Assembly: GCA_036271275.1 (NCBI GenBank)
Contig: DATBAX010000355.1
Location: forward strand, 5,840 to 69,839
Reading direction: 5' to 3'
Length of the DNA stretch: 64,000 nucleotides
Origin: Terriglobales bacterium
Lineage (GTDB): Bacteria; Acidobacteriota; Terriglobia; Terriglobales; Acidobacteriaceae
Positions 17,497 through 25,964 of the stretch are shown here, one piece after another. The position numbers were made by a program, and so were the translations under genes. The notes under the pieces were generated by a model that was not told the DNA's origin, searched no databases, and was given only the letters and a program-made list of their open reading frames with translations. The stretch's first letter is position 1, and each line of letters begins with the position of its first letter.

Positions 17497-18321
17497 ATGT
17501 ACCACCATATTAAGAAGTTGATGTACACCGTCAATGTCGGCAAACCAGATCCCCGATTTGGCAATATGCTGCTGGAACAATTCGGCGGCGCGAATGGCGA
17601 ACTCGCCGCTGCGATGCAGTACTCAATCCAGGGCCTCAACTGCGACGATCCGGAACGGAAAGACCTGCTGATGGACATCGGGACTGAAGAACTCAGTCAT
17701 CTCGAAGTCGTCGGCACACTTGCGCGCATGCACCTGAAGCCGCTGAAATTCGGCCGCGATGCCGCCGAAATCGATCCGCTCATTGCCATTGCCGGCGGCG
17801 GAGGGGTCAATCTCTTCAATTCCATGGGCGATGCCTGGACTGCTGACTATTTAAAGATCACCGGCGAACTCGATGTCGACTTGCGCAGTAATATTGCCGC
17901 GGAGGCTCGCGCCAAAATCGTCTACGAACGGCTCATCAACTTCACCGACGATCCCGGAACGATAGAGACGCTGCAATTCCTGATGACGCGCGAAATCACT
18001 CACATGAAGGCATTCACGGCCGCGCTCGAAAGCATGGGTAAGGATCGGTTTTCGATCGGCAAGATCGCTCCCACGCCTGTACTAGTCGATCAGTATTTCA
18101 ACGACTCAACCGGCGTCGGCGACGAAGGCGAAACGGATGCGCGCGGCCCGTGGAACGAAGGCGGCGATTGGGAAATTGTCGATTCTCCTGCCCTGGAACA
18201 AGGCGTCGAAAACCTCAACGAAGATGGGGAGCTTAACAAGGAGGCCGCGGGCGAAGCGAAGAAGTCCGGCATTCGCAGGAAGGCTGCGAGAGGAAAGGCG
18301 AAGTTGCGCAAATCTGCTTAG
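17497..18321 (+). CDS. manganese catalase family protein
   Basis: Translation starts MYHHIKKLMYTVNVGKPDPRFGNMLLEQFGGANGELAAAMQYSIQG and includes GTEELSHLEVVG, the di-Mn ferritin-like catalase signature. AAGGAG lies upstream of the start. Confidence 0.9.
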   Translation: MYHHIKKLMYTVNVGKPDPRFGNMLLEQFGGANGELAAAMQYSIQGLNCDDPERKDLLMDIGTEELSHLEVVGTLARMHLKPLKFGRDAAEIDPLIAIAGGGGVNLFNSMGDAWTADYLKITGELDVDLRSNIAAEARAKIVYERLINFTDDPGTIETLQFLMTREITHMKAFTAALESMGKDRFSIGKIAPTPVLVDQYFNDSTGVGDEGETDARGPWNEGGDWEIVDSPALEQGVENLNEDGELNKEAAGEAKKSGIRRKAARGKAKLRKSA

Positions 18322-18493
18322 CTCAAAGTGTGCGGCGGTCGATCTCCGGTCGCCGCCACTCTTCTCATCATAATCTTTAGAACCCGTTCTCCTTCAGGCC
18401 TTTATTTCCGAAATGTGACAGGCTTCCCGGTGTTCCAAATAAACCAACCAGTGATCTTTCGCACGCATCAAGTTATGCGCAAAAGGAGGAGCC

Positions 18494-19036
18494 ATGGCAC
18501 GGAGAGATGTACGCAGCGATTCTTCACGATTGAAGGCGTTTGACACTAAGAATAAGAACCTGTTGCGAGTAGTTATTGAGACGCCCAAGGGCAGCCGCAA
18601 TAAATATGCTTTCAATGCGAAGGATCACGTTTACGAGTTGAAGACCGTACTGCCGGCAGGAATGGCGTTTCCCTATGATTTCGGATTTGTTCCATCCACT
18701 CAAGGCGACGATGGCGATCCGATTGACGTGCTGGTGCTCATGGATGAGCCCGCGTTCCCCGGCTGCGTCCTGCTGTGTCGCATCATCGGCGTGATCGAGG
18801 GTGAGCAGACAGAGAAGGGCAAGAAAGCGTTACGGAATGATCGCATCATCGCCATTCAGCAGGATGCGCACAGCTGGAACGATGTAAAAACGGCCAAGGA
18901 TTTGGAAGACCATTTCTGCAAGGAACTGGAGCAATTTTTCACGGATTATCACAAGCTTTCGAAAACCGACTACAAAGTTCTGGCACTTAAAGGTCCAGGA
19001 CGCGCGCTCAGGCTGATAAAGGCAGCGAAGCGCTGA
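18494..19036 (+). CDS. ppa: inorganic pyrophosphatase (family I)
   Basis: Contains VVIETPKGSRNKYAF and YPYDFGFVPSTQGDDGDPIDVLVL. AAGGAGGAG lies upstream of the start. Confidence 0.9.
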   Translation: MARRDVRSDSSRLKAFDTKNKNLLRVVIETPKGSRNKYAFNAKDHVYELKTVLPAGMAFPYDFGFVPSTQGDDGDPIDVLVLMDEPAFPGCVLLCRIIGVIEGEQTEKGKKALRNDRIIAIQQDAHSWNDVKTAKDLEDHFCKELEQFFTDYHKLSKTDYKVLALKGPGRALRLIKAAKR

Positions 19037-19049
19037 GGGTGTGTATTTT

Positions 19050-19397
19050 ATGGCGCAGATCCTTATCCGTTTTCTCATTGGCGGTACTGTGGTTACTTTG
19101 TTTGCGATCTTGGGAGATTTGTTCAAGCCGAAGAGTTTTGCCGGGCTTTTCGGCGCCGCGCCATCGGTTGCGCTCGCGACCCTCAGTCTTACGATAGCAA
19201 CTGAGGGGCCCAGCTATGCCAGCGTCGAAGCGCGCTCCATGATCGCTGGCGCGATTGCCTTCCTGGCCTATGCGTCGTGTTGCAGCTGGTCGCTCATGCG
19301 GCTGCCGTACAAGGCGTTACGGGTAACGATCTGGGCGATGCCGTTGTGGTTCGTCGTAGCGTTCGGACTTTGGTATGCGTGGCTGAGATCAACATAA
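19050..19397 (+). CDS. DUF3147 family membrane protein
   Basis: Translation is MAQILIRFLIGGTVVTLFAILGDLFKPKSFAGLFGAAPSVALATL. Confidence 0.7.
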   Translation: MAQILIRFLIGGTVVTLFAILGDLFKPKSFAGLFGAAPSVALATLSLTIATEGPSYASVEARSMIAGAIAFLAYASCCSWSLMRLPYKALRVTIWAMPLWFVVAFGLWYAWLRST

Positions 19398-19399
19398 AC

Positions 19400-19819
19400 A
19401 TGCGAATTAAAATTGACACATCTGCCCTGCGCGAAACAAGCTCGTATCACTACGCCATTCGCTTCCTTTTCGGAGGATGTATTACGGCGGCCGCCGGGAT
19501 GATTGCCAAACAGTGGGGTCCCGTAGTCGGAGGTCTATTCCTGGCTTTTCCGGCTATTTTCCCGGCGAGTGCTACGCTGGTTGAGAAACATGAGAAGCAG
19601 AAGAAAGAAAAGATCGGAGCGCATGGAACAGTGCGCGGAAGAAAAGCCGCCGGCGTGGATGCCGCGGGATCTACGTTCGGCAGTCTCGGACTGATCCTGT
19701 TCGGGCTTATCGTGTGGTGGCTCATACCATATCACCGGCCAGTCTGGGTATTGCCGGTCGCCACCTCAGTCTGGCTCATCGTTGCCGTGCTGGCCTGGTA
19801 CATTCACGAGATGCTCTGA
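19400..19819 (+). CDS. DUF3147 family membrane protein (second copy)
   Basis: Internal ATG of ORF 19277..19819, 3 nt after the previous stop. Contains IRFLFGGCITAAAGMIAKQWGPVVGGLFLAFPAIFPAS. Confidence 0.7.
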   Translation: MRIKIDTSALRETSSYHYAIRFLFGGCITAAAGMIAKQWGPVVGGLFLAFPAIFPASATLVEKHEKQKKEKIGAHGTVRGRKAAGVDAAGSTFGSLGLILFGLIVWWLIPYHRPVWVLPVATSVWLIVAVLAWYIHEML

Positions 19820-19833
19820 AAATTCCTTTGTCC

Positions 19834-19853
19834 CTCGTGGCTAATGCCGCGAG
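19834..19853. terminator. possible stem-loop terminator between convergent genes
   Basis: CTCGTGGC-TAAT-GCCGCGAG (one G-U pair) followed by TTTCAG. Confidence 0.35.
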
Positions 19854-19901
19854 TTTCAGAGATTTAATAGTTTTGGCGCAGTCGTAGTTCGTGCTGTCCG
19901 T

Positions 19902-20324
19902 TTACTCCACAAAGACGAACTCGCCGCCCGGCAATGCCGCTTCGATTGCTGAAATGAGCGCGTCGCCGGCGCGGCTCTTCGATACATAAGCCTGTGCCCC
20001 GGCTTTCTTCGCCTGTTTTACAAACTCTTCATCGGCATCGGACGACAATATGACGATCACCGTCGCGGGGAGCTTCGATTTAATAACTTTAGCCGCTTCG
20101 AGCCCGTTCAAGACAGGCATGACCACGTTCAGAACCACAACATCGGGTCTCAGACGGCTGGTTTCTTCAATGGCTGCAGCGCCATTGAACGCCTCTCCGC
20201 AAACTTCGAAGCGCGGGTCTTCTTCCAACACGGCCCGCACGGTCTTCCTGATGAGGGCATGGTCATCGGCAATGAGTATCCGAAGCTTCCGTTCAGTTGC
20301 CGTCAGCGCAGAGGTGGCGGACAT
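19902..20324 (-). CDS. stand-alone response-regulator receiver (CheY-like)
   Basis: Translation is MSATSALTATERKLRILIADDHALIRK..DVVVLNVVMPVLNG..ILSS..AYVSK. No output domain and no adjacent kinase. Confidence 0.85.
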   Translation of the reverse strand: MSATSALTATERKLRILIADDHALIRKTVRAVLEEDPRFEVCGEAFNGAAAIEETSRLRPDVVVLNVVMPVLNGLEAAKVIKSKLPATVIVILSSDADEEFVKQAKKAGAQAYVSKSRAGDALISAIEAALPGGEFVFVE

Positions 20325-20542
20325 AAGTTCAACGGTAAAGAACCGAATTTGCATCGCATATACCGTAAAGCACCTACTCCGCGACACCTTATGCTGGAGT
20401 TGGCCAATAGGGCGGTTTCGCCAGCATAGGAACGGAGCCGAGGGCCGTCTAAGTTCCGCACTGCGAGTTCATTTCGTATAAGTAATGATAAGGAGGTAAA
20501 AATAGATCGGCATTGCTCCATCGGAGCCCGGAATTATCCGTT

Positions 20543-20851
20543 CTAGCCTTTCGTGTGGGAGCGTCGAAGCTTCTGCGCGTGACGGTCCTTTTTCCGCTTA
20601 TACCGGCTCCGCCGCTTCTGAAATTCAATCCCGCGAGACGACGGGGCTTCTTCTGACACCTGCGATTTAGTTTTGCGCGTTTTGCCCACAGGGTCGGCTG
20701 CGACCGAATGACCGAGCACTTTGGCGGTTCCCCCGGCAATCGTGCCGAGCGTGGCGCCCACCGTGCGGGCGACAGCGTTAATCACGGTGTCAGTTGTAGT
20801 TGTGCGGTTCTCCGACTCTTCGCGTTGCGGCGTTACATCGGCACTTTTCAT
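20543..20851 (-). CDS. hypothetical protein (102 aa), basic C-terminus
   Basis: ORF only. No family recognised. Confidence 0.4.
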   Translation of the reverse strand: MKSADVTPQREESENRTTTTDTVINAVARTVGATLGTIAGGTAKVLGHSVAADPVGKTRKTKSQVSEEAPSSRGIEFQKRRSRYKRKKDRHAQKLRRSHTKG

Positions 20852-21028
20852 GTGAGTTCGCTCCGGTTATCAGGCTTTCTTCAGATGCCCTCAACGCCGT
20901 TCGCGTTTCGAACGCGCGACGGCGCGTTTATTCACGCCGTTAGTCCCTTAAGGGCCGTGATCCCCTCCGCGAAGCGTTGGGCCATCCCTGCGGATTGAAC
21001 GGCATCAAAAGAGGCTCTCATACTAATT

Positions 21029-22387
21029 ATGCCCGTCAAACCTCGCCGCGAACGCGAATCGCGCAATAAAATACCGGACATCGCGCCCGCCGGCGGGACC
21101 GCGTCGCTCGATGCTGCCGCGCCGTCGCGGCTTAGCGGCCTCCGACGATTTCTTAAGGTACTCGGGCCTGGCCTGATTACGGGTGCATCCGACGACGACC
21201 CTTCCGGGATAGGCACCTATGCCATTGCTGGCGCATCGTTTGGTTTCACCACGCTCTGGATGGCCCTGATCACTCTCCCGATGATGTCGTCGGTCCAGTA
21301 CATGTGCGCCAAGATCGGAATGGTCTCCGGACGCGGCCTGGCCGGCGTCCTCAAGTCGCATTACCCCAAGAAGCTGGTCTATGTCAGCGTCTTCAGCCTG
21401 GTCATCGCGAACTCGATCAATGCGGGTGCGGATATCGGCGCGATCGCAGCCGGTATCAACCTTTTGATCCCGATCCCTGTCTGTGCTTTGATCGTTCCCA
21501 TCGCGCTGGCGGTGATCGCCCTTCAGATCTGGGGTTCTTATCAGCTCATCGCCAATGTATTCAAGTGGCTCACCTTTGCATTGCTAGGCTATGTTCTCTG
21601 TGCGTTTTTCTCGAAGCCGGGTTTTACCGAGGTGATGCGCGGCACATTTATTCCAACCTTTCCCTGGAACCGCGCGTTTCTGGCGCTCACTGTCGGAATT
21701 CTGGGAACGACCATTTCTCCTTACATGTTTTTCTGGCAGTCCAGTCAGGAAGTGGAGGAAGAGATTGCTGCCGGCCGCAAATCCCTTCTGCAGCGAAAAG
21801 GCGCGACTGACGCCGAGCTCAAATACGCCGCCCTGGACGTGAACCTCGGCATGCTGCTCTCGAACGTCGTGATGTACTTCATCATTCTGACGACAGCCGC
21901 TACGTTGTTTAAAGCGGGCAAGACAGACATTCAGAGCGCGGCGGATGCTGCGCAGGCTCTGCGGCCGCTTGCCGGACGCGCGGCCGAGGCTTTGCTGGCA
22001 ATCGGACTCATCGGCAGTGGCTTCCTGGCAGTCCCTATTCTCACGGGGTCGAGCGCATATGCCGTAGCCGAGGCGTTCGGCTGGAAGCACGGTTTTGACA
22101 AGCATCCAAGCCGGGCAAAGGAATTTTACTGGCTGATCGCCGTTTCGACTCTGCTCGGCATGCTGGTTAACTTTGCCGGCATTAATCCGCTCAAGGCGCT
22201 GTTCATGACCGCCGTCATAAACGGATTCTTGGCGCCACCGCTTCTGATCCTGATTTTGAAAATCTCAAATGATCGGAATATTATGGGCGACCGCGTCAAT
22301 GGAGCTTTTCTCAATACTCTGGGCTGGTCCACCTTCGCGGCGATGTCGGCGGCCGCCATCGCATTGATCGCCACACGGGGGCACTAG
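21029..22387 (+). CDS. NRAMP-family (SLC11-like) transporter, non-canonical metal-site motifs
   Basis: 452 aa with 11-12 TM helices. Contains LGPGLITGASDDDPSGIGTYAIAG and GTTISPYMFFWQS in place of the canonical DPGN and MPH motifs. Confidence 0.85.
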   Translation: MPVKPRRERESRNKIPDIAPAGGTASLDAAAPSRLSGLRRFLKVLGPGLITGASDDDPSGIGTYAIAGASFGFTTLWMALITLPMMSSVQYMCAKIGMVSGRGLAGVLKSHYPKKLVYVSVFSLVIANSINAGADIGAIAAGINLLIPIPVCALIVPIALAVIALQIWGSYQLIANVFKWLTFALLGYVLCAFFSKPGFTEVMRGTFIPTFPWNRAFLALTVGILGTTISPYMFFWQSSQEVEEEIAAGRKSLLQRKGATDAELKYAALDVNLGMLLSNVVMYFIILTTAATLFKAGKTDIQSAADAAQALRPLAGRAAEALLAIGLIGSGFLAVPILTGSSAYAVAEAFGWKHGFDKHPSRAKEFYWLIAVSTLLGMLVNFAGINPLKALFMTAVINGFLAPPLLILILKISNDRNIMGDRVNGAFLNTLGWSTFAAMSAAAIALIATRGH

Positions 22388-22388
22388 A

Positions 22389-22808
22389 GTGGACTATTTG
22401 ACGACAATCGCGCTCAGGACGAAATGCTCGCACATAGTCCATGGTTCCGGCTATGGAGTATGGTCTTCGTTGCAGACCTGCGCCTCCAGTAATGCGACGG
22501 TCGACAGGGCTAGACGCTCTGCGAAAGGAAATGAGAAATGGCGAAAAAGAAAGCCGCTATTCCCCCGCCGGAAACTCACCAAAACTGAACAAGACCTGTT
22601 TTCACACATTCAGAATGGGTACCAGCTTGAAACCGATTCGCTCGGCGGCAACCCAGTTCTGCGACACTTGAAAAATAACGAAGAAATACGCCCTCTGTCC
22701 GCCAATCGCAATACAATCAAGGCGCTGGAACAGCGCGGACTCATTAGCCCCAACAAAGGCGGCGGCGCTTTCACTATTGTGTGGCGTGGGAAAGAAAAGG
22801 CAGAATAG
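22389..22808 (+). CDS. hypothetical protein with unresolved start or possible frameshift
   Basis: The conserved-looking part is the C-terminal ~90 aa (KLTKTEQDLFSHIQNGYQLETD..IKALEQRGLI). A good RBS+ATG at 22538 is in the -1 neighbouring frame and stops after 16 codons. A-run and C-run homopolymers lie between the two frames. Confidence 0.35.
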   Translation: MDYLTTIALRTKCSHIVHGSGYGVWSSLQTCASSNATVDRARRSAKGNEKWRKRKPLFPRRKLTKTEQDLFSHIQNGYQLETDSLGGNPVLRHLKNNEEIRPLSANRNTIKALEQRGLISPNKGGGAFTIVWRGKEKAE

Positions 22809-22871
22809 ATCACGTCTGCGTTCTGGCAAGATCCCATTGCTTACGCTGGAAGTACTGGTTTTTTGTTTTGA

Positions 22872-23153
22872 CTACTTCGACGTTGCTGGAGACCAGATTG
22901 TTGACTTTTTCTTTGTCTGCATGAAGTGAGTGCGCTCGCTCTCATCTTCCGAAAACAAGTGGAGCCTGGTCGTTTCACGCAATTTGAATTTATGAGGGTT
23001 TCCCGGCCGACAGGGGCAGAGCAATCTCTGCAATTCAGGCGCACCAGCCACATTTTCAATATATGCTCCATTGCTATACGTCAGTCCCCAATCCTTCATG
23101 AGATACTGCATGTGGCAATTCGGGCATTCGATATAGAGACGGGTTTTTTCCAT
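22872..23153 (-). CDS. hypothetical Cys-containing (CxxC...CxC) small protein
   Basis: Translation is MEKTRLYIECPNCHMQYLMKDWG...LLCPCRPGNPH. No family recognised. Confidence 0.4.
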   Translation of the reverse strand: MEKTRLYIECPNCHMQYLMKDWGLTYSNGAYIENVAGAPELQRLLCPCRPGNPHKFKLRETTRLHLFSEDESERTHFMQTKKKSTIWSPATSK

Positions 23154-23525
23154 TGTCTGCTGTGATCCCGACACCGGAGACGGTCATTCCGGAAGATAAC
23201 TCTCCCTTGAAAACTGCTCATCATTAGCCTACGACGCGATCCGGCCCCGCAGGAATGGCACGATTGGCTAGGCCTCAAATCTTGAGTAACGCAGAGCGAG
23301 TTACTGTTGGCACCCGACGCTTGATTTTCGCTGAGGTCGATTTTGCGTGACACCGTCGGTGACGCCACGAACACTGAGGGCCCGTATCATTACCGAATAA
23401 ATGCAGCGCCTCTCTGTGGATCATGAAAAATAGCATGTACACCAGCGATCAGATTGCTAATGTGTTGCCACGAATATCGGCTAAAATGCGAGTGCAGAGC
23501 CAGAAGTTGAAAGAAGTGGGCTTGC

Positions 23526-23879
23526 ATGATTGAAGAGGCTGTAACAATCTCACCCGGTTCCCGCTTTCGAGCCGCGATGGTCCTGGCCATCTTGGCAGAC
23601 GCGCTTCAAATTATCGTTTTCCCTTTATTCATCGAAGGCGCGGTTTCGCCCGCCGACGACGTACTCGATTTCGGCATTGGCGCGGTGCTGATTTATCTCC
23701 TCGGCTGGCACTGGGAATTTCTGCCATCGTTTCTCGGCGAACTCATACCCGGCGTGGATCTGGTTCCCCTCTGGACCCTCGCGGTCGCAAACGTCTATCG
23801 GAAATCGAAGAAGACGATCGTCATCGCGGAAGAAAGTCGCGAGAAGCAACCGCAACTCAGAGACCCGAAAAGTTCTTAA
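23526..23879 (+). CDS. hypothetical membrane protein (117 aa, about 3 TM)
   Basis: Hydrophobic segments AAMVLAILADALQIIVFPLF, FGIGAVLIYLLGW and LVPLWTLAVANV. Confidence 0.5.
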   Translation: MIEEAVTISPGSRFRAAMVLAILADALQIIVFPLFIEGAVSPADDVLDFGIGAVLIYLLGWHWEFLPSFLGELIPGVDLVPLWTLAVANVYRKSKKTIVIAEESREKQPQLRDPKSS

Positions 23880-23940
23880 GGAAATCAGAGCCGTCTGACG
23901 ACCGGAGTCGGCCGGGGCTGGGGATCATTCTGACAGTTAT

Positions 23941-24240
23941 TTACCCAAGACCCAGCATCTGGCGCAGTCGATTCTTTAATACGGTTTCCGCCGGGCTTTT
24001 GCAGCCCCGGTTCAGCCAGCTTTCAAATTCCTGTATCTGCACGACGTGGGTAATCTCCGGATTTCGGATTTTTACCGTGACGGATGTCAGGCCTTTTCCG
24101 ATTTCAGCGGCCCAGTCGTGGGCTTGGATTGCCGTGATAGCCTGTGCGACGGCTTCATAGAGCGTTTCTGCCGTCACATCGAACGAGTGCTCTGTCTTCG
24201 TCAGGTCGTGGATGATGACGGTGCAGCTCTTGAGTGCCAC
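23941..24240 (-). CDS. hypothetical protein (99 aa)
   Basis: GTG start at 24240. An in-frame stop lies 10-12 nt upstream (24250-24252), inside the target-site duplication, and the IS inverted repeat begins at 24253. No family recognised. Confidence 0.45.
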   Translation of the reverse strand: MALKSCTVIIHDLTKTEHSFDVTAETLYEAVAQAITAIQAHDWAAEIGKGLTSVTVKIRNPEITHVVQIQEFESWLNRGCKSPAETVLKNRLRQMLGLG

Positions 24241-24244
24241 GAGA

Positions 24245-24252
24245 GAAATTTA
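24245..24252. repeat. target-site duplication GAAATTTA (left copy)
   Basis: Identical 8-mer directly abutting both outer ends of the inverted repeats. An 8-bp duplication is the size reported for the IS1595 family. Confidence 0.8.
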
Positions 24253-24280
24253 GGTAATTATCCCTTGACAGTAGGTACGG
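24253..24280. repeat. left terminal inverted repeat GGTAATTATCCCTTGACAGTAGGTACGG
   Basis: 28/28 match to the reverse complement of 26941-26968. Confidence 0.9.
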
Positions 24281-24306
24281 AATTGTCTAGTTTCGTGGAT
24301 GTCAGA

Positions 24307-25314
24307 ATGGCTGGCGAGCCGAGGGTATACTTCTGTCCGCAGCCTGACATTCATATGCGAGTTCCCGATACCGTCCGCAAGTGTGTCCTAACAATCGGAT
24401 GCGAGGATGAAGGCGAAATCCACTATGGAGCGACGGCGTTCCTCGTGGGTGTTCCGGGAAAAATAAGGGAGTGGAATGCCACCTATGTGGTCACTGCGAA
24501 ACACGCTATCACGCAGATAGGTGACCGACGTACCGTCCTGCGTGTCAACACGAAGGATGGGCGATCTGTGAGCATGGATACCACAGGAATGCGGTGGTTT
24601 TATCATCCTGATCCTCTTGTAGATTTGGCGATAACTCCCTATTTGCCAAGGTTTCATTCCGTGATGGACATTAGAACGATTTCCTTGGATATGTTCCTCA
24701 CTCAGGCCAACATTTCCGATCATCACATCGGGGCAGGTGATGAAGTTTTTATGACTGGCCTTTTCACGAAATTCAAAGGCGAATCAAAAAACCTTCCCAT
24801 TGTGCGAATGGGAACTGTTGCGCTTATTTCCAACGAAAGAGTCCCCTTCGGGGACGATCCAGATGCCTTAATCGACGCATATCTAATTGAGGGGCGTTCG
24901 ATAGGTGGACTCAGTGGATCGCCCGCATTTGTAAATGAGACGGTACAGGTCGCCTACGATAATCCGAAAGTGAAATCCCAGCTTTTCTACTTTGCGCCTG
25001 GGCAAACATTTTTCATGGGACTTGTTATCGGCCACTGGGCCGTTCCGCCCAGCCGTTCTTTACTTGAGCAGGAAAAGGTTAATATGGGTATATCTGTGGT
25101 CGTTCCTGCATGGAAGATCAAAGAACTTTTGTTTTTGCCGGAGCATGTAGAGATGAGAAACGAAGCGGAGAAACTAGCTTTCACGAAGAGTGGAGTCCCC
25201 GTGCGGGATACTGCCTTTCCTAAAAATGAATCAAAGGAAGTCTTTACCAGTGAAGACTTCGAGGAAACGCTAAAAAAGGTTAGTCGGAAGATTGAGCAGC
25301 CGAACAAACGGTAA
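24307..25314 (+). CDS. trypsin-fold serine peptidase (S1-like), IS cargo
   Basis: Start moved to the first ATG inside the element (MAGEPRVYF..). The candidate triad is VVTAKHAI (His), VDLAITP (Asp) and GGLSGSPAF (Ser). 335 aa with no signal peptide. Confidence 0.8.
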   Translation: MAGEPRVYFCPQPDIHMRVPDTVRKCVLTIGCEDEGEIHYGATAFLVGVPGKIREWNATYVVTAKHAITQIGDRRTVLRVNTKDGRSVSMDTTGMRWFYHPDPLVDLAITPYLPRFHSVMDIRTISLDMFLTQANISDHHIGAGDEVFMTGLFTKFKGESKNLPIVRMGTVALISNERVPFGDDPDALIDAYLIEGRSIGGLSGSPAFVNETVQVAYDNPKVKSQLFYFAPGQTFFMGLVIGHWAVPPSRSLLEQEKVNMGISVVVPAWKIKELLFLPEHVEMRNEAEKLAFTKSGVPVRDTAFPKNESKEVFTSEDFEETLKKVSRKIEQPNKR

Positions 25315-25318
25315 ACTT

Positions 25319-25882
25319 TTAACCCAGTGCGTTCAGCACCTTAGTTCCGGCGGGAGGTGAAAACTCGCCGATCTCTTCGGCCATCCCGTAAGCAACCGCA
25401 TCTTTGCCAGTGAGGTAAACGTCATGAAAACGAAACTGAGTCCACAATTCTTCGGGCAGCCTGAGATGGTTGCGCAAAATTTCTTCCATTCGGATGTCAT
25501 CAATAGTGAGGTTGTCGGCAGCAGCTTTCAATTTATCAGCGCCCGACGCATTGGGGTTATAGGTACTCTTGTGGATCATGAAGACAGCATTGGCTGTGGT
25601 CTTGCGGGAATGAGCACCGAGGTAAGCAAGAGTGGCAGCAGAAGCAACTTGGCCAGCATTGTAGAGAATGATTTCAATAGATAGTTTCTTTAGAGCGTTA
25701 TATAGAAAGACTCCATCTCCAACGAAACCGCCCCAAGAGTGGAATAGGACATGAACCCGCCTAGTTCCGTTGCTGGCCACTACAGTGAGACCGTTAATAA
25801 GTTTAGCTACGTTTGCGGCGTTAATATCGCCGCAATAGGTTGCCCAGATTTCTTCTACAGGTTTCTTGGTCTCTTCAGACAT
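25319..25882 (-). CDS. ClpP-fold (S14-like) serine peptidase, IS cargo
   Basis: 187 aa. FHSWGGFVGDGVFLYNAL aligns with the ClpP INSPGGSVTAG block. GQVASAAT has the Ser position and MIHKS the His position. GAGAGG lies upstream of the ATG. Confidence 0.75.
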   Translation of the reverse strand: MSEETKKPVEEIWATYCGDINAANVAKLINGLTVVASNGTRRVHVLFHSWGGFVGDGVFLYNALKKLSIEIILYNAGQVASAATLAYLGAHSRKTTANAVFMIHKSTYNPNASGADKLKAAADNLTIDDIRMEEILRNHLRLPEELWTQFRFHDVYLTGKDAVAYGMAEEIGEFSPPAGTKVLNALG

Positions 25883-25964
25883 GCGGAATTTACCTCTCTT
25901 ACCCTAACGGTAGTCCCTGTCGGACTCTCTTAGTTTGCTTTCGGCCAAAGCGGCCAAAACCTAG

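Noticed and set aside
17094-17678. 194-aa minus-strand ORF
   Set aside because: It spans an intergenic region and overlaps the start of the Mn-catalase gene on the opposite strand. There is no similarity and no RBS.
20880-21028. Mn (yybP-ykoY) riboswitch or obvious metalloregulator box upstream of the NRAMP gene
   Set aside because: Only a short CGCGTT-TCG-AACGCG palindrome is present. No riboswitch core sequences were seen.
23452-23531. 32-codon ORF (MYTSDQIANVLPRISAKMRVQSQKLKEVGLHD) overlapping the start of the membrane-protein gene
   Set aside because: There is no ribosome-binding site and nothing recognisable. It is too weak to report.
24046-24306. N-terminal 87 codons of track ORF 24046..25314
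   Set aside because: This part crosses the IS inverted repeat and the target duplication, and is antisense to ORF 23941..24240. The first ATG inside the element (24307) is the credible start.
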